DNA of 64,000 nucleotides, from contig CAIVDU010000031.1 of NCBI GenBank assembly GCA_903904815.1, positions 132,266 to 196,265 on the forward strand, given 5' to 3'. The notes beneath the pieces are model-generated. The model saw only the letters and a program-made list of their open reading frames with translations. It was not told the DNA's origin and made no database searches. Source of the DNA: an uncultured Armatimonadetes bacterium. GTDB taxonomy: Bacteria > Armatimonadota > Fimbriimonadia > Fimbriimonadales > Fimbriimonadaceae. This document shows, one piece after another, positions 8,067 through 18,146 of this stretch. A program made the position numbers and the translations under genes. Numbering within the stretch: position 1 is the stretch's first letter; every line of letters starts with the position of its first letter.

Positions 8067-10013
8067 ATGAAGTCTTGGTTTGCAAATCTGAAGTTGTCAG
8101 CGAAATTGTCGCTTGGCTTCGGCATCACATCTTTTTTGACACTCGCGGTGACCATTCTTGCGGTTGGGGGAATCGGGTCTCTCCACGGTGACATTCGATC
8201 GGTGGGCGACAAGGCCCTTTCCGGGGAAGTCAGCCTGGCTCAATTCGGACTTGCCAGCACTCAATTTCGCGTGCTTCAATATCGAACTGCAGGCATCACG
8301 GGCACGAAAGCTGAGGAGATGGCAAACCTTGCCGATAACACCGGCACGAAAGCAGATCAAGCCCTCACGGAATTCTCCTCTAAGGTGACTGATCCTGAGG
8401 AGCGGAAACTCACGGAAGACGTGATTGACGGCTGGCGCAAGTACGAAGAGGTCTGGAAAGAAATTCGACCGAAGATCCTCGTCGTCAGCGCTGCGGATGG
8501 TTACAACCTCATGGAGAGCCGCACGGACAGTTTCAATAGCGAGTTTATGCCCGCGCTCAACAAGTTGAGTGAGTGGAACCTCAAGTTCGGAGCCAAGACA
8601 TCCAAGCAGGCCGACTCTGACGCGGGGTCGCTGACTAGCTCGGTGACAACCATGGGTCTTGCCGCAGTCGGGCTCAGTATCTTCCTCGCAATCGGACTCG
8701 TTCGAAAAATCGTTGCTCCCATCTCAGCCGTCTCGGCTGGCCTCAAGTCAATTCGTGAGCATTGCCTCCGAGACCTTACGAACGGCCTAAACTCCCTGCG
8801 AGCAGGCGACCTCACTCAGGAGGTCGTTGCGGTGACCAAGCCGATCGAGAATAACTCCCACGACGAGATTGGACTGATGACCTCGACCTATAACGATCTC
8901 GTGCTGCTATCGCAGGAGTCGATTGAGTCTTACAATCAGGCCCGAACCTCCTGGGTGGGCATCGTGAACAACTTAGGGACCAGCGCGGTAGCGGTGGCCG
9001 ACACGAGTCGCATGCTCGAAGACGCCTTCGAACAGAGCCGCGCCGCGTCCGTCGAGATTGCGACCGGCAGTGAGCAGTTAGCCCGAGGGGCGACGCAGGC
9101 CGCTAGCGTCATGGATGAGCTTCTCATTCGGGTAGCTACCGTGAAGTCGAGCAGCCAGAACCAAGAGTTCGAGGTCTCCGGCGCAGTTGGTGAGCTTCAG
9201 GAAGCCGAAGAGGGAATCAATGGCGTGGCCGGCGCCGCCCAGGAAATGACGGCTGCCGCTCAAGAGGGCAACCTCGCGGTGAGTCAGACCATTGCGTCCA
9301 TGGACCGCGTTCGAGATCGGGTTGGCGTCTCTGCGCTGAAGGTCAAGGAGCTCGACGAGAAGGGCAAACAGATTGGCCACATCGTTCAGAGCATCGAGAG
9401 CATTGCCGGACAGACCAATCTTTTGGCGCTCAACGCGGCCATCGAGGCGGCTCGAGCAGGCGAGCACGGCCGAGGCTTTGCGGTGGTTGCCGACGAAGTC
9501 CGCAAGCTTGCCGAGCAGGCCAGCAACGCGACTCAGGAAATCTCGACCCTCATTTCCGGCGTAACGGCAACCGTGTCTCAAACTGTGGAAGCGATTGAGA
9601 GCGCGTCGGCAGAGGTCATCGAGGGCGCGGCTCGAAGCGAAGTGGCGGGTCGATCCCTTAACCATATTCTCAAAGCAGCGGAACAGGTTGCCACGCAGGC
9701 CGAACAGGTGGCAGCGAAAACGCAGCAGGCTACGGGAAGGATTACCAATATCTCGCTCGCGGCGCGGTCTAATTCCGAGTCGACCGAGGAGATCGCCGAA
9801 GGATCCAATACGGTCGCGAACGCCATCTCAAACGTGGCGGCAGTGAGCCAAGAGTCGGCCGCGGGCGCTCAAGAGCTGAGCGCGACGATCCATCAGATTG
9901 GGGAGGCGGCGCGAGAGCTTACGACGATGAGTAAGGATCTGCACGGAGTTATCGCCAAGTTTAACACCGGACAAGTCAAGGCAAAAACCAAAGCTCTCCG
10001 AATCGCAGCTTAA
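8067..10013 (+). CDS. Methyl-accepting chemotaxis protein
   Basis: The N-terminus [31 protein letters not shown] forms TM1, followed by an approximately 170-aa helical sensor region, TM2 and a HAMP domain. The signalling hairpin [36 protein letters not shown] is conserved. GGAGG lies at 8059-8063. The ORF track offers an alternative TTG start at 8022. Confidence 0.9.
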   Translation: MKSWFANLKLSAKLSLGFGITSFLTLAVTILAVGGIGSLHGDIRSVGDKALSGEVSLAQFGLASTQFRVLQYRTAGITGTKAEEMANLADNTGTKADQALTEFSSKVTDPEERKLTEDVIDGWRKYEEVWKEIRPKILVVSAADGYNLMESRTDSFNSEFMPALNKLSEWNLKFGAKTSKQADSDAGSLTSSVTTMGLAAVGLSIFLAIGLVRKIVAPISAVSAGLKSIREHCLRDLTNGLNSLRAGDLTQEVVAVTKPIENNSHDEIGLMTSTYNDLVLLSQESIESYNQARTSWVGIVNNLGTSAVAVADTSRMLEDAFEQSRAASVEIATGSEQLARGATQAASVMDELLIRVATVKSSSQNQEFEVSGAVGELQEAEEGINGVAGAAQEMTAAAQEGNLAVSQTIASMDRVRDRVGVSALKVKELDEKGKQIGHIVQSIESIAGQTNLLALNAAIEAARAGEHGRGFAVVADEVRKLAEQASNATQEISTLISGVTATVSQTVEAIESASAEVIEGAARSEVAGRSLNHILKAAEQVATQAEQVAAKTQQATGRITNISLAARSNSESTEEIAEGSNTVANAISNVAAVSQESAAGAQELSATIHQIGEAARELTTMSKDLHGVIAKFNTGQVKAKTKALRIAA

Positions 10014-10107
10014 GCAGACAACTCGGTGGAGCGGCATTCGCTCTGTATAGCCACCTAGCGGATCGGCGGATTCTCCCGCAGCTTCACTAGAACTGAACCT
10101 AAAGAGA

Positions 10108-10132
10108 ATGACGCCGCGTCTTGCGGCGTCAT
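10108..10132 (+). terminator. Hairpin downstream of the chemoreceptor gene (candidate terminator)
   Basis: A perfect 10-bp stem (atgacgccgc / gcggcgtcat) closes a 5-nt loop. The downstream T-tract is weak (aatcctgtt). Confidence 0.45.
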
Positions 10133-10142
10133 AATCCTGTTG

Positions 10143-11537
10143 ATGCCTCCCGGTTCAGACAAAGTAAAGATCGTCACTCTCGGCTGCGCCAAGAACGAAG
10201 TCGATAGCGAAGAGATCGCCGGCGTCCTCCAAGAGGCGGGTTATGATGTTGATGGCGCGGCTCGGAAGACCGCGGTGACCATTATCAACACCTGCGGATT
10301 TCTTGAAGCCTCGAAAGAGGAGAGCATCAAGGCGATCAAAGAGGCGGTGCGGGAAAAGCATGCTGGCCGCACCGGAAAAGTGATCGTGGCTGGGTGCTTG
10401 GCCCAGAGACTCGGACCCGAACTGATGCGACTGGCGCCAGGCGCCGATTCCTATGTTGGCGTGGGTCAGATGGGTCGGTTCGGGGACATCGTCAAGGAGG
10501 TCCAGGCCAGCCGTGAACAGACTTTAGACGTATCTCCTCCCCATCACCGATGGGCCGATGTCCCCACCCGTGCCCGTACGGGCAGGCCATGGAGCGCCTA
10601 TCTCAAAATCTCCGAGGGTTGCGACCACCGTTGCACCTTCTGCACCATCCCGAGCTTTCGGGGAGCTCACCAGAGCAAGCCGATTGAGCGGGTCGTCGCC
10701 GAGGCCAGACACTTGGCCAACACGGGCGCCCGTGAGATCAATCTCATTGCTCAAGACGTGACTCAGTACGGCTTTGACCTTTACAAGGAGTTCACGCTTC
10801 CTAAGCTCCTGCGAGAGTTGAACGCGATCGAGGGCATCGAGTGGATTCGGCTCCTTTATTTCTATCCGAACCGTCTCACGGATGAGGTCATTGAAGCGAT
10901 GGCGACCTTACCGAAGGTGTTGGAGTACATCGACATTCCGCTACAACACGTTCACCCGGAGACCTTACGCCGGATGAAGAGACCCTGGGACGGCGAGCGT
11001 TACATGCGGCTATTCGACAAGGTGCGGGCGGCCATGCCAAACGCGGCAATTCGAACCACGTTCATCGTCGGATTCCCCGGGGAAACCGACGAAGAGTTCG
11101 AGTCGTTGATCGATTTCACCAAGGAAGCTCGACTTGATCGAGTCGGCGCTTTCGTGTTCTCGAGAGAGCCAGGCACGCCCTCGCACGACATGGACGACCA
11201 GGTGTCGCTCAAGGTCAAACGCGAACGATACGATCGCCTCATGCGCACGCAACAGAAGATCTCACTCGAGGTCAACCAGGGGTGGATCGGGAAAGACCTC
11301 GACGTCTTGATCGAAGACGAACGAGACGGATGGCTGATCGGTCGCTCTCACCGGGATGCTCCGGAGATTGATGGGCTCGTGTTCGTTCAGGGCGACGCGC
11401 CGATGGGACGCATCGTGAAGGCAAGCATCGTGGATGCGGAGGCCTACGACCTCCACGCCCGGGTGGGCGCCGTCCCTGCCGTCAAGAGCCGCTCTCTGAC
11501 CCAGTTGAGACAGGCCGCTCCCGCGAGACCGCTCTAG
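10143..11537 (+). CDS. rimO: Ribosomal protein S12 methylthiotransferase RimO (radical SAM MTTase)
   Basis: The product has the N-terminal MTTase domain VKIVTLGCAKNEVDSE, the radical-SAM cluster motif CDHRCTFCTIPSFRG, FIVGFPGETDEEF and a C-terminal TRAM-like domain. Confidence 0.85.
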   Translation: MPPGSDKVKIVTLGCAKNEVDSEEIAGVLQEAGYDVDGAARKTAVTIINTCGFLEASKEESIKAIKEAVREKHAGRTGKVIVAGCLAQRLGPELMRLAPGADSYVGVGQMGRFGDIVKEVQASREQTLDVSPPHHRWADVPTRARTGRPWSAYLKISEGCDHRCTFCTIPSFRGAHQSKPIERVVAEARHLANTGAREINLIAQDVTQYGFDLYKEFTLPKLLRELNAIEGIEWIRLLYFYPNRLTDEVIEAMATLPKVLEYIDIPLQHVHPETLRRMKRPWDGERYMRLFDKVRAAMPNAAIRTTFIVGFPGETDEEFESLIDFTKEARLDRVGAFVFSREPGTPSHDMDDQVSLKVKRERYDRLMRTQQKISLEVNQGWIGKDLDVLIEDERDGWLIGRSHRDAPEIDGLVFVQGDAPMGRIVKASIVDAEAYDLHARVGAVPAVKSRSLTQLRQAAPARPL

Positions 11538-11706
11538 GAGTTTCCGTTGCGATCACGCGAAGCCAAGATGGAGATCTCGGTCGGTGAAGTGATCTTCTAG
11601 GCAAGTCGGGCATTTGCCCCTTTTCCGATCCAAAGCTTCAAGTTGTTGACGGTAAAAGGAAAGGCTTCCGCTATCCTAAAGCCGTTCGCGTACGTCTAAT
11701 TCTTCC

Positions 11707-12321
11707 ATGTACTCCGTGATCGCCTTTGATGGACAGGTTTACGGCCCGGTCGACATCCGGACGCTGATCGCGTGGTGTCAACAGGGAAGGATCGTCGCGA
11801 GTACGCATTTGGTGGAAACTCAGACGGGCCGAAGCTTTACAGCTGCGGACATGCCGGAACTTCGCGCAGTGTTGGCTCAAGCTCAACCGGTTGGCCCGCA
11901 GGCATACGTGAATCCGCAAGGTGGCCCGGGAGCGCCTTATCAAGCGCCGTACCAGCCACAAGGACCAGACCCCGGCCAGGGTCCGATCCAGGCTCCGTAT
12001 CAACCACAAGGACAGGCGCCGAACCAGGGACCGTTTGGGATGTCTTCATATCCAAGACAGGTTCCGTACGGGGCTTATGGCTCCTACGGGGCTCCCAAGA
12101 GTAAATCGCTCGCGCTTTTGCTTTGCTTCCTAGTCGGGGGTCTCGGAGCCCATCGATTCTATTTGGGACACACTGCCTCCGCCATCGCAATGCTCATTGT
12201 CGGGTTGCTTTCATGCGGAAATGTGTACTTCCTGGGGATCGCGCTGATCTGGGGAACCATCGATTTCATCCGACTTGCGTCTGGCACGATGGCTGACTCA
12301 CAGGGCGTCCTTCCACGCTAA
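11707..12321 (+). CDS. GYF_2 (DUF4339)-like domain / Pro-Gln-rich linker / TM2 domain membrane protein
   Basis: The N-terminus (YGPVDIRTLIAWCQQGRIVASTHL) is GYF_2-like. The C-terminus (KSKSLALLLCFLVGGLGAHRFYLGHTASAIAMLIVGLL...WGTIDFI) is a typical TM2 two-helix domain. Confidence 0.75.
   Translation: MYSVIAFDGQVYGPVDIRTLIAWCQQGRIVASTHLVETQTGRSFTAADMPELRAVLAQAQPVGPQAYVNPQGGPGAPYQAPYQPQGPDPGQGPIQAPYQPQGQAPNQGPFGMSSYPRQVPYGAYGSYGAPKSKSLALLLCFLVGGLGAHRFYLGHTASAIAMLIVGLLSCGNVYFLGIALIWGTIDFIRLASGTMADSQGVLPR
11941..12036 (+). repeat. In-frame tandem duplication (2 x 48 nt) encoding QAPYQPQGxxPxQGPx
   Basis: Residues 79-94 (QAPYQPQGPDPGQGPI) and 95-110 (QAPYQPQGQAPNQGPF) of the GYF/TM2 protein are adjacent near-repeats. 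Confidence 0.7.
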
Positions 12322-12659
12322 GCGGGCTTTTTGCGCTCTAGGAATACGCGATAAGGTCCGATCCCAAGGGCAACAAACATCATGGCCCCGAACCCACGCA
12401 TCACGTTCCCAGCTGAAAACGCCGTCTCTTCACCCGGCGAGGCCTCGAATTCGAGTTCGCTAGAGTAAAGCGAGTTGGAAACCTTGACGACGTGCTTCCC
12501 ACTGGCGATATCGAAGTCGACGGTGTTCCCGAATGAAAGGTCAGTGAGGTAATTGCCGTCGAGGAGGACTTTCAATCCTCGCATCTTTATGTCCTGGTCG
12601 GACACCCGCTCGACGATCAGTTTGGCCGGTCTTGCACTTCCGATAACTGAAGCCATCAC
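12318..12659 (-). CDS. Hypothetical protein with C-terminal hydrophobic segment
   Basis: The 113-aa ORF has a beta-rich body (LKVLLDGNYLTDLSFGNTVDFDIASGKHVVKV) followed by GFGAMMFVALGIGPYRVFL. No family was recognised. Its 3' end overlaps the convergent TM2 gene by 4 nt. Confidence 0.45.
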   Translation of the reverse strand: MMASVIGSARPAKLIVERVSDQDIKMRGLKVLLDGNYLTDLSFGNTVDFDIASGKHVVKVSNSLYSSELEFEASPGEETAFSAGNVMRGFGAMMFVALGIGPYRVFLERKKPA

Positions 12660-12695
12660 GTCTAGATTGTGGCGCGACTCAGATCGCGAACAGGA

Positions 12696-12947
12696 CTAGT
12701 GCTGAAATTCTTCCAAGAAACCGTCGTTTGCGGACAAGGGCGGCTCGACTGACAAACGATTTTGGTAATCGCGTACGAGTCGGACGTCGGAATCCGTGCT
12801 TAGCCGTTCGAGGGGAGTTCCCACTAACCCTTCAGCAAGTTGCAGCAATGTTCTTGCGTGAAGTAAAATAAAGTCTAGATTTGGTTCTTCCGTCGACAAG
12901 TGAGCGAATAAGACGTTGACTTCAGTCTCAATTCGTGAGAGTACCAT
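12696..12947 (-). CDS. Hypothetical small protein
   Basis: The 83-aa ORF is predicted helical and has visibly lower GC than its surroundings. No family was recognised. Confidence 0.35.
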   Translation of the reverse strand: MVLSRIETEVNVLFAHLSTEEPNLDFILLHARTLLQLAEGLVGTPLERLSTDSDVRLVRDYQNRLSVEPPLSANDGFLEEFQH

Positions 12948-13149
12948 GCTAACTCGTATTATCGATGGATTGAGGTCACATGGGAATACCCCTGCTTACA
13001 TACCCGCAAAAAACATGACACGGAGACCCCATTTTTGCCACCTTAGTCGAAAGCAATTGGGAATACTAAGCGACTAGGATGAGCAGCGGTTCAGCACGGT
13101 TTTTACGAGTGGCCAGTAAGATGCTCCAATGCCAACGGAAAGTTCGACG

Positions 13150-13881
13150 ATGAACCGGGTGCTCGTGGAAGCCATTGCCTGTTCCGCAGACGACGCACGG
13201 CTCGCGGCGAGAGTCGGAGTGGATCGCCTGGAGGTTTGCTCGGCGATGTCTCTGGGAGGACTCACGCCATCCGTAGGCGCGTTCAAGGTCATCAGGGCAA
13301 TGACTGACTTGCCGCTCATGGCGATGATTCGGCCCCGAGCGAGCGGGTTCTGCTATTCCCACCTCGAGTTCGAATCCATGTTGATCGACGCGGATTCTCT
13401 GTTCGATGCGGGCGCCGATGGCATTGTATTTGGGATTCTCGATGAACAGGGAGAAATTGATGTTCCGAGATGCCGAGAGCTGATCGCTCTTGTTGACTCA
13501 CGTCAAATCGTGTTTCATCGCGCGTTCGATGCGACGAATGATCCCCTCGAATCGCTGGAGGTGCTGATCGAACTTGGTGTCACAAGGTTGCTTACGAGTG
13601 GGCAAGCGCCAACTGCTCTTCAAGGCGCGGAGACGATTCGCAAGCTGATCGATAGGGCTGGCGGTCGAATAGAGATTCTTGCTGGAGGTGGAGTGAGACC
13701 TGACACCGCCGGCGAGATTGTGTCCTTGACCGGAGCCAGCCAGCTCCATCTCGGCCCGTTCGTCTCTCGTTCGGATCGCTCAATTGAGGCCTCGGAAGCC
13801 GCCTCAAGAGCATTTGGTGACACCTTCCCGGTCGCGGATGCGGACACGTTAGGCCGAGTCGTTCAGTTATTTCGTGGCTAG
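13150..13881 (+). CDS. cutC: Copper homeostasis protein CutC family
   Basis: [43 protein letters not shown] parallels the CutC N-terminus (LEvC...A...GAdRiELC.al..GGlTPS.G). The product has TIM-barrel length. The ORF track offers an alternative start at 13129. Confidence 0.8.
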   Translation: MNRVLVEAIACSADDARLAARVGVDRLEVCSAMSLGGLTPSVGAFKVIRAMTDLPLMAMIRPRASGFCYSHLEFESMLIDADSLFDAGADGIVFGILDEQGEIDVPRCRELIALVDSRQIVFHRAFDATNDPLESLEVLIELGVTRLLTSGQAPTALQGAETIRKLIDRAGGRIEILAGGGVRPDTAGEIVSLTGASQLHLGPFVSRSDRSIEASEAASRAFGDTFPVADADTLGRVVQLFRG

Positions 13882-13922
13882 TTGAGCGACAGCTAGGTGG
13901 ACGGACTGCGTATAACATAGCT

Positions 13923-14408
13923 GTGAGCGATCAAATCAAGCAATTGGCAACATTTGGAGCAGGCTGCTTCTGGGGCGTCGAGGAAGAGTTCCGTCGAATG
14001 CCTGGCGTGCTCGGGACCGCCGTCGGCTATGAAGGTGGGCACACCTTGAACCCGACCTACAAAGAAGTTTGCACCGATGGCACCGGTCACGCGGAGGTCG
14101 TCCAGATCGAGTTCGATCCGGCCATCGTTAGCTATCGACAATTGGTCGAGGCGTTTTTCGGACTTCACGATCCAACCACTCTGAATCGTCAAGGACCTGA
14201 TTTCGGAACCCAATATCGGTCGGCGGTCTTTACCCACTCTGACGAGCAGGTTCAAATCGCAAGCGCGGTGAAGGCGGAGCTTACGGAGGCTAAGAAGTTT
14301 TCACGGCCTATCGTGACTGAGATTACGCCGGCTCAAACGTTCTACAGGGCGGAAGAGTATCACCAGCAGTATCTGGCCAAGCGAGGCCTGAGCTCGTGCA
14401 AGATCTAA
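13923..14408 (+). CDS. msrA: Peptide-methionine (S)-S-oxide reductase MsrA
   Basis: [15 protein letters not shown] contains the catalytic GCFWG motif. [32 protein letters not shown] and the C-terminal YHQQYL are also present. Confidence 0.95.
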   Translation: MSDQIKQLATFGAGCFWGVEEEFRRMPGVLGTAVGYEGGHTLNPTYKEVCTDGTGHAEVVQIEFDPAIVSYRQLVEAFFGLHDPTTLNRQGPDFGTQYRSAVFTHSDEQVQIASAVKAELTEAKKFSRPIVTEITPAQTFYRAEEYHQQYLAKRGLSSCKI

Positions 14409-14412
14409 CTCG

Positions 14413-15723
14413 TTAAACGAGCTCGCCGAGAGTCAGACCGGGAGCGGGCGAGTCTCCTGAATGAGGAGTTTCGCCCCCCTCATTAGATGGTTGCGAAAGT
14501 GCACCGTCCATTGCGACTGGAGTTTGAACTCGTCGGCTTGACTTCGGAAGGAAGGGCTTTTCAAACACAAGGGAGAAGAGCCAGGCGCCGAGAATCACGG
14601 CGGGTAAAGCGATCACGAATTGATAGACGACCGCCCCAGGACCGCGCAGTGAGATTGGCTTCAGCCAGAACATCACTTGCTCGATCGGATGGTGCATGAG
14701 GTACAGGCTGTAGCTAAACGCTCCGACAAAAGTGATGGGGCGGAGGCTGAAACCGCGGGCGATCCAATGAGTCGGTCTCGCGGTGAAGGCGTACATGGCA
14801 CAGGAGGCGGCGATACCGAACAATCCATCCTGGAGTGGAAGATCGGTCCCCTGAGCGCACGACCTCGCCCCGAAGAAGATCAGGATAGCCGCTACAGCCA
14901 ACGCGAAATTGGGAACCAATCCAACCCTCAGGTGGGGGCGGTAGGCTAAGTGGGCGCCAATCATTCCCGCAACGAACAGCGGGAGGTACCACGGATAGAG
15001 CTTAGGCGCGCTGCTAACCGTGTTCAGCACGAGCAACGCGATGGCCACGCATAAGCCAAAGGTGACCGTTCGGCCCACCCGGTTCAGCCCCTTAACGAGC
15101 AAGGGGAAGATGACATAGAGTTGGACCTCGATAGCGATGCTCCACAGGACCCCGTTAATCTTGTACATCCAACCGACCGACCAGTTGTGGACCAAGAACA
15201 AGTGGGTCAGCAAGGTGGTCCAGTTGACCGGGAGATAGATAGCGAATGGGGCTCCGTACCGCTTGAGCAGCTGAGGAGTGATCACCAGGGCGACTGCCAC
15301 CGATGCGGCAAGACACGCGTAATAAGTGGGCAAGATCCTTCGGATCCGCCGTCGGTAGAACCGGCCGAGGTCCTTCATCGTGCCGTCTCCTGCACTGAAG
15401 AGCGATAGCTGGAGGCTAAAGCCCGAGATAACAATGAAGATAGCGACGGCAAGATGCCCGTAAGCAAAGCAGGCGACGAACCGTTTCATCGCTTCCGGCG
15501 AGCCATCCTGCACACCCACCATACGCGCGGGGTCCACCATCGTGCACAAGTGGCCGAGGGCCACATAGAGGGCGGCTACACCCCGCATGCCTTCGATGAA
15601 CCTGAGCTTGCCATTGGGATCGGTGAGTTCAGGCTCCGGGTCCGATAGTTGGCCTGGAGTTGGCACGGCCTGGCGAGAACGAGACAACGTTCGCCACAAC
15701 TCCTTAGAACTCATCCATTTCAC
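14413..15723 (-). CDS. Acyltransferase family 3 integral membrane protein
   Basis: The 436-aa product has about 10 hydrophobic helices. RFIEGMRGVAALYVALGH at the N-terminus is typical of acyltransferase_3 O-acyltransferases. Confidence 0.8.
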   Translation of the reverse strand: MKWMSSKELWRTLSRSRQAVPTPGQLSDPEPELTDPNGKLRFIEGMRGVAALYVALGHLCTMVDPARMVGVQDGSPEAMKRFVACFAYGHLAVAIFIVISGFSLQLSLFSAGDGTMKDLGRFYRRRIRRILPTYYACLAASVAVALVITPQLLKRYGAPFAIYLPVNWTTLLTHLFLVHNWSVGWMYKINGVLWSIAIEVQLYVIFPLLVKGLNRVGRTVTFGLCVAIALLVLNTVSSAPKLYPWYLPLFVAGMIGAHLAYRPHLRVGLVPNFALAVAAILIFFGARSCAQGTDLPLQDGLFGIAASCAMYAFTARPTHWIARGFSLRPITFVGAFSYSLYLMHHPIEQVMFWLKPISLRGPGAVVYQFVIALPAVILGAWLFSLVFEKPFLPKSSRRVQTPVAMDGALSQPSNEGGETPHSGDSPAPGLTLGELV

Positions 15724-15742
15724 CTTTACCCAGGTCGCCCGC

Positions 15743-16546
15743 CTAGCGGTGGTTGAAGCCTTGCTCTTCCAACCACCCTTTCAATACTTGACGTCCGGTG
15801 AGCTGATTCGGTCCGACTCGTCTTGCGCTTCGCATCGACCAGGACACGTCGCCCCGCATCTTCATCTCGAGATAGAACTCGCGCATTCGCTCGTCGTATT
15901 CGGCGACGTTAGGCTCTGTATTGTACGTCTCTCGGAACCAAACGGCGTCTTGACTCAGTCTTGGCTTGATTTCTGCCGTCAATGGCTCCTTTGGCCATCC
16001 CAAGCAAAGGCCGAAAACGCCAAACACTCCCATCGGCAGGCCAAGCGTCTGCTTGATTTCTGCAGGGTTGTTTCGAAGCCCGCCGATGTAGCAGATGCCA
16101 ATCCCGAGAGATTCGGCCGCACACACCATCCGCTCGGCAGCGAGTGCCGCGTCAATCACCGCCATTGTGTAGAACTCGGTGTAATCCAGCCCTTCGGCTG
16201 GTTGCCCCGATTTTTCAGCGGCATAGCGAATGCGGTGGTGGTCAGCCAGGAAGGCAAAGAACCAGGCCGCGTCGCGAATCTGTTGTTGATCGCCGCACAA
16301 GTCGGCCATCGTGTTCCGCTTCGACCTGTCTTGTACGCTCACGAGGGACCAGAGTTGGAGATTGCTGCTGGTCGCAGCGCTCTGGGCGGCGGCGACTAGC
16401 CCCGCGATGGTGGCTTCTGGAATCTCTCTTGCGTCGTACTCTCGCACGGATCGATGGGTCAGAAGAGCGCCTAATTCTGGCGTTCCCTCGGGTGGGGCGG
16501 TACCGAATCGAAGTCTCCATGCGAGATCGCGGTTCTCTTCAAACAT
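15743..16546 (-). CDS. NADPH-dependent nitroreductase (NfsA/FRP-like)
   Basis: LLTHRSVREYDAREIPE, the overall nitroreductase-fold length (267 aa) and the C-terminal NfsA-like extension support the call. Confidence 0.8.
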   Translation of the reverse strand: MFEENRDLAWRLRFGTAPPEGTPELGALLTHRSVREYDAREIPEATIAGLVAAAQSAATSSNLQLWSLVSVQDRSKRNTMADLCGDQQQIRDAAWFFAFLADHHRIRYAAEKSGQPAEGLDYTEFYTMAVIDAALAAERMVCAAESLGIGICYIGGLRNNPAEIKQTLGLPMGVFGVFGLCLGWPKEPLTAEIKPRLSQDAVWFRETYNTEPNVAEYDERMREFYLEMKMRGDVSWSMRSARRVGPNQLTGRQVLKGWLEEQGFNHR

Positions 16547-16698
16547 TCACTCAAGATACGCGAAACCGTCTTGCCATTTTCGAATGAGCCCACTACACTT
16601 TGCAGAGTTGCTGATTTCCCGGAACCATAACGTAAGCGGCTCGATTTTTAGCGATCAATGCGTGTAAGCTTCTCTCGCAGCTACAGGAATATTCTTGC

Positions 16699-17925
16699 AT
16701 GATTGGACCATTGGTGAGCGTTGCGATCTTAGTTTTAGGTGGCTTCTCTAGGCATCAAGGACCAGCAGATCCCGGGATCATTTACCCAGACTCGAGCGTT
16801 CCCGTCTTCGATAACGGTCGAACTGCGCACACGAACTACGTATTCTGGGTTGGGACGCCCCAGCAACACCATGACTCGCCCGACCTAATCAGCCCAGAAC
16901 CATTCGGTCCTCAACGAACTGTCACCCCAAGCGGTTACTATCCCGCGGATATCCGCGCCGCCTACCATCTTCCCAGTTTAGCGGGGGCTAAGGCGATTGC
17001 CATCGTGGATGCGTACCACACGCCAACCGCGCTGAATGACTTCAATGTCTTTTCCAAGCAGTTCGGTCTCCCGGTCGAGACTTCGACCACTGCAACCGCG
17101 ACCAAGAACAACGTATTCCAGGTTGTCAATCCGACGAACGCTAAGTTGACGACCAACACGTCTTGGGGACAAGAGGCAACCCTTGACATTGAATGGGCTC
17201 ATGCAATCGCGCCGAACGCCAAGATCTACTTGGTCGAAGCCGCAACGAATAGCACGGATGACCTTTATGCAGCCGTAAAGCTTGCCGCCGGCCTGCCCGG
17301 CGTGGCCGAGGTCTCCATGAGCTGGGGTTCGCCCGAATTCCCCACTGAGTACGCGTATGACAGCACGTTTGTTCAGAAGGGAGTGGTTTTCATCGCTTCG
17401 TCTGGGGATACCGGCGCGCCCGAGTATCCCGCTGCGGGTGTCAACGTAGTCGGTGTCGGTGGAACGAGTCTGACGATGTCCAAGGGCGCCTTTGTCTCGG
17501 AAACCCCATGGGGCAGTTCGGGCGGAGGTCCGAGCGCGTATACGAAGCTTCCGGCATTCCAAAGCGCGTTCTCCTCGATCTTCAAATACCGAGGGGGACC
17601 GGACATCTCGTGCGTTGCCGACCCCAAAACGGCAGTGGCAGTTTACTTTTCGGGCAGTTCGAGTGGTCCCGGCTGGACGACCCTTGGGGGAACGAGCGTG
17701 TCTTGTCAAATCTTTGCGGGCATGGTGAACGCTGCCGCCAGTTGGCAGACGTCATCGGCAGCCGAACTCACGAAGATATACGCTGGACTTGGCGGGGCCG
17801 ACTTCCGCTCGATCAAAATTACCGCGAGCAATCTTTTGTGGAGAGATCCGGGCCATCCGACGGTCACGAAGGGCTGGAACTACATCACTGGAGTGGGAAC
17901 TCCGTTGGGCCTTCACGGGCTCTAA
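16699..17925 (+). CDS. S53 (sedolisin/kumamolisin-like) serine peptidase, compact form, paralog 1
   Basis: EATLDIEWAHAIAP provides the Glu/Asp of the catalytic triad, ASSGDTGA the oxyanion Asp, and VGVGGTSL plus LGGTSVSCQIFAG the Ser motif. Only about 95 residues precede the catalytic domain. Confidence 0.8.
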   Translation: MIGPLVSVAILVLGGFSRHQGPADPGIIYPDSSVPVFDNGRTAHTNYVFWVGTPQQHHDSPDLISPEPFGPQRTVTPSGYYPADIRAAYHLPSLAGAKAIAIVDAYHTPTALNDFNVFSKQFGLPVETSTTATATKNNVFQVVNPTNAKLTTNTSWGQEATLDIEWAHAIAPNAKIYLVEAATNSTDDLYAAVKLAAGLPGVAEVSMSWGSPEFPTEYAYDSTFVQKGVVFIASSGDTGAPEYPAAGVNVVGVGGTSLTMSKGAFVSETPWGSSGGGPSAYTKLPAFQSAFSSIFKYRGGPDISCVADPKTAVAVYFSGSSSGPGWTTLGGTSVSCQIFAGMVNAAASWQTSSAAELTKIYAGLGGADFRSIKITASNLLWRDPGHPTVTKGWNYITGVGTPLGLHGL

Positions 17926-18093
17926 CGTTATCTCCCAGCAGTAGTTCTCGTGGCTGGCAGGGTAACGAGCTAGTTAGCGCTTTATCTACTAACTTATGGA
18001 TGGTTATCCTGTTAATTCCACAGGATGGCACCTGTCATTCTGGCGGTAATTGATGTCAGATGAGCTCAAGCCAGGTAAGAAATCGCGGCAAAT

Positions 18094-18133
18094 CCTGAGG
18101 TTGTAGTGGCAAGACCAAAACAATATCCTCAGG
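18094..18133 (+). promoter_or_regulatory. Possible RBS-occluding hairpin in the leader of S53 paralog 2
   Basis: cctgagg (18094-18100) is the reverse complement of cctcagg (18127-18133). The latter overlaps the AGGAGG at 18131-18136, which lies 10 nt upstream of the ATG at 18147. Confidence 0.2.
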
Positions 18134-18146
18134 AGGAAGCTAACCA

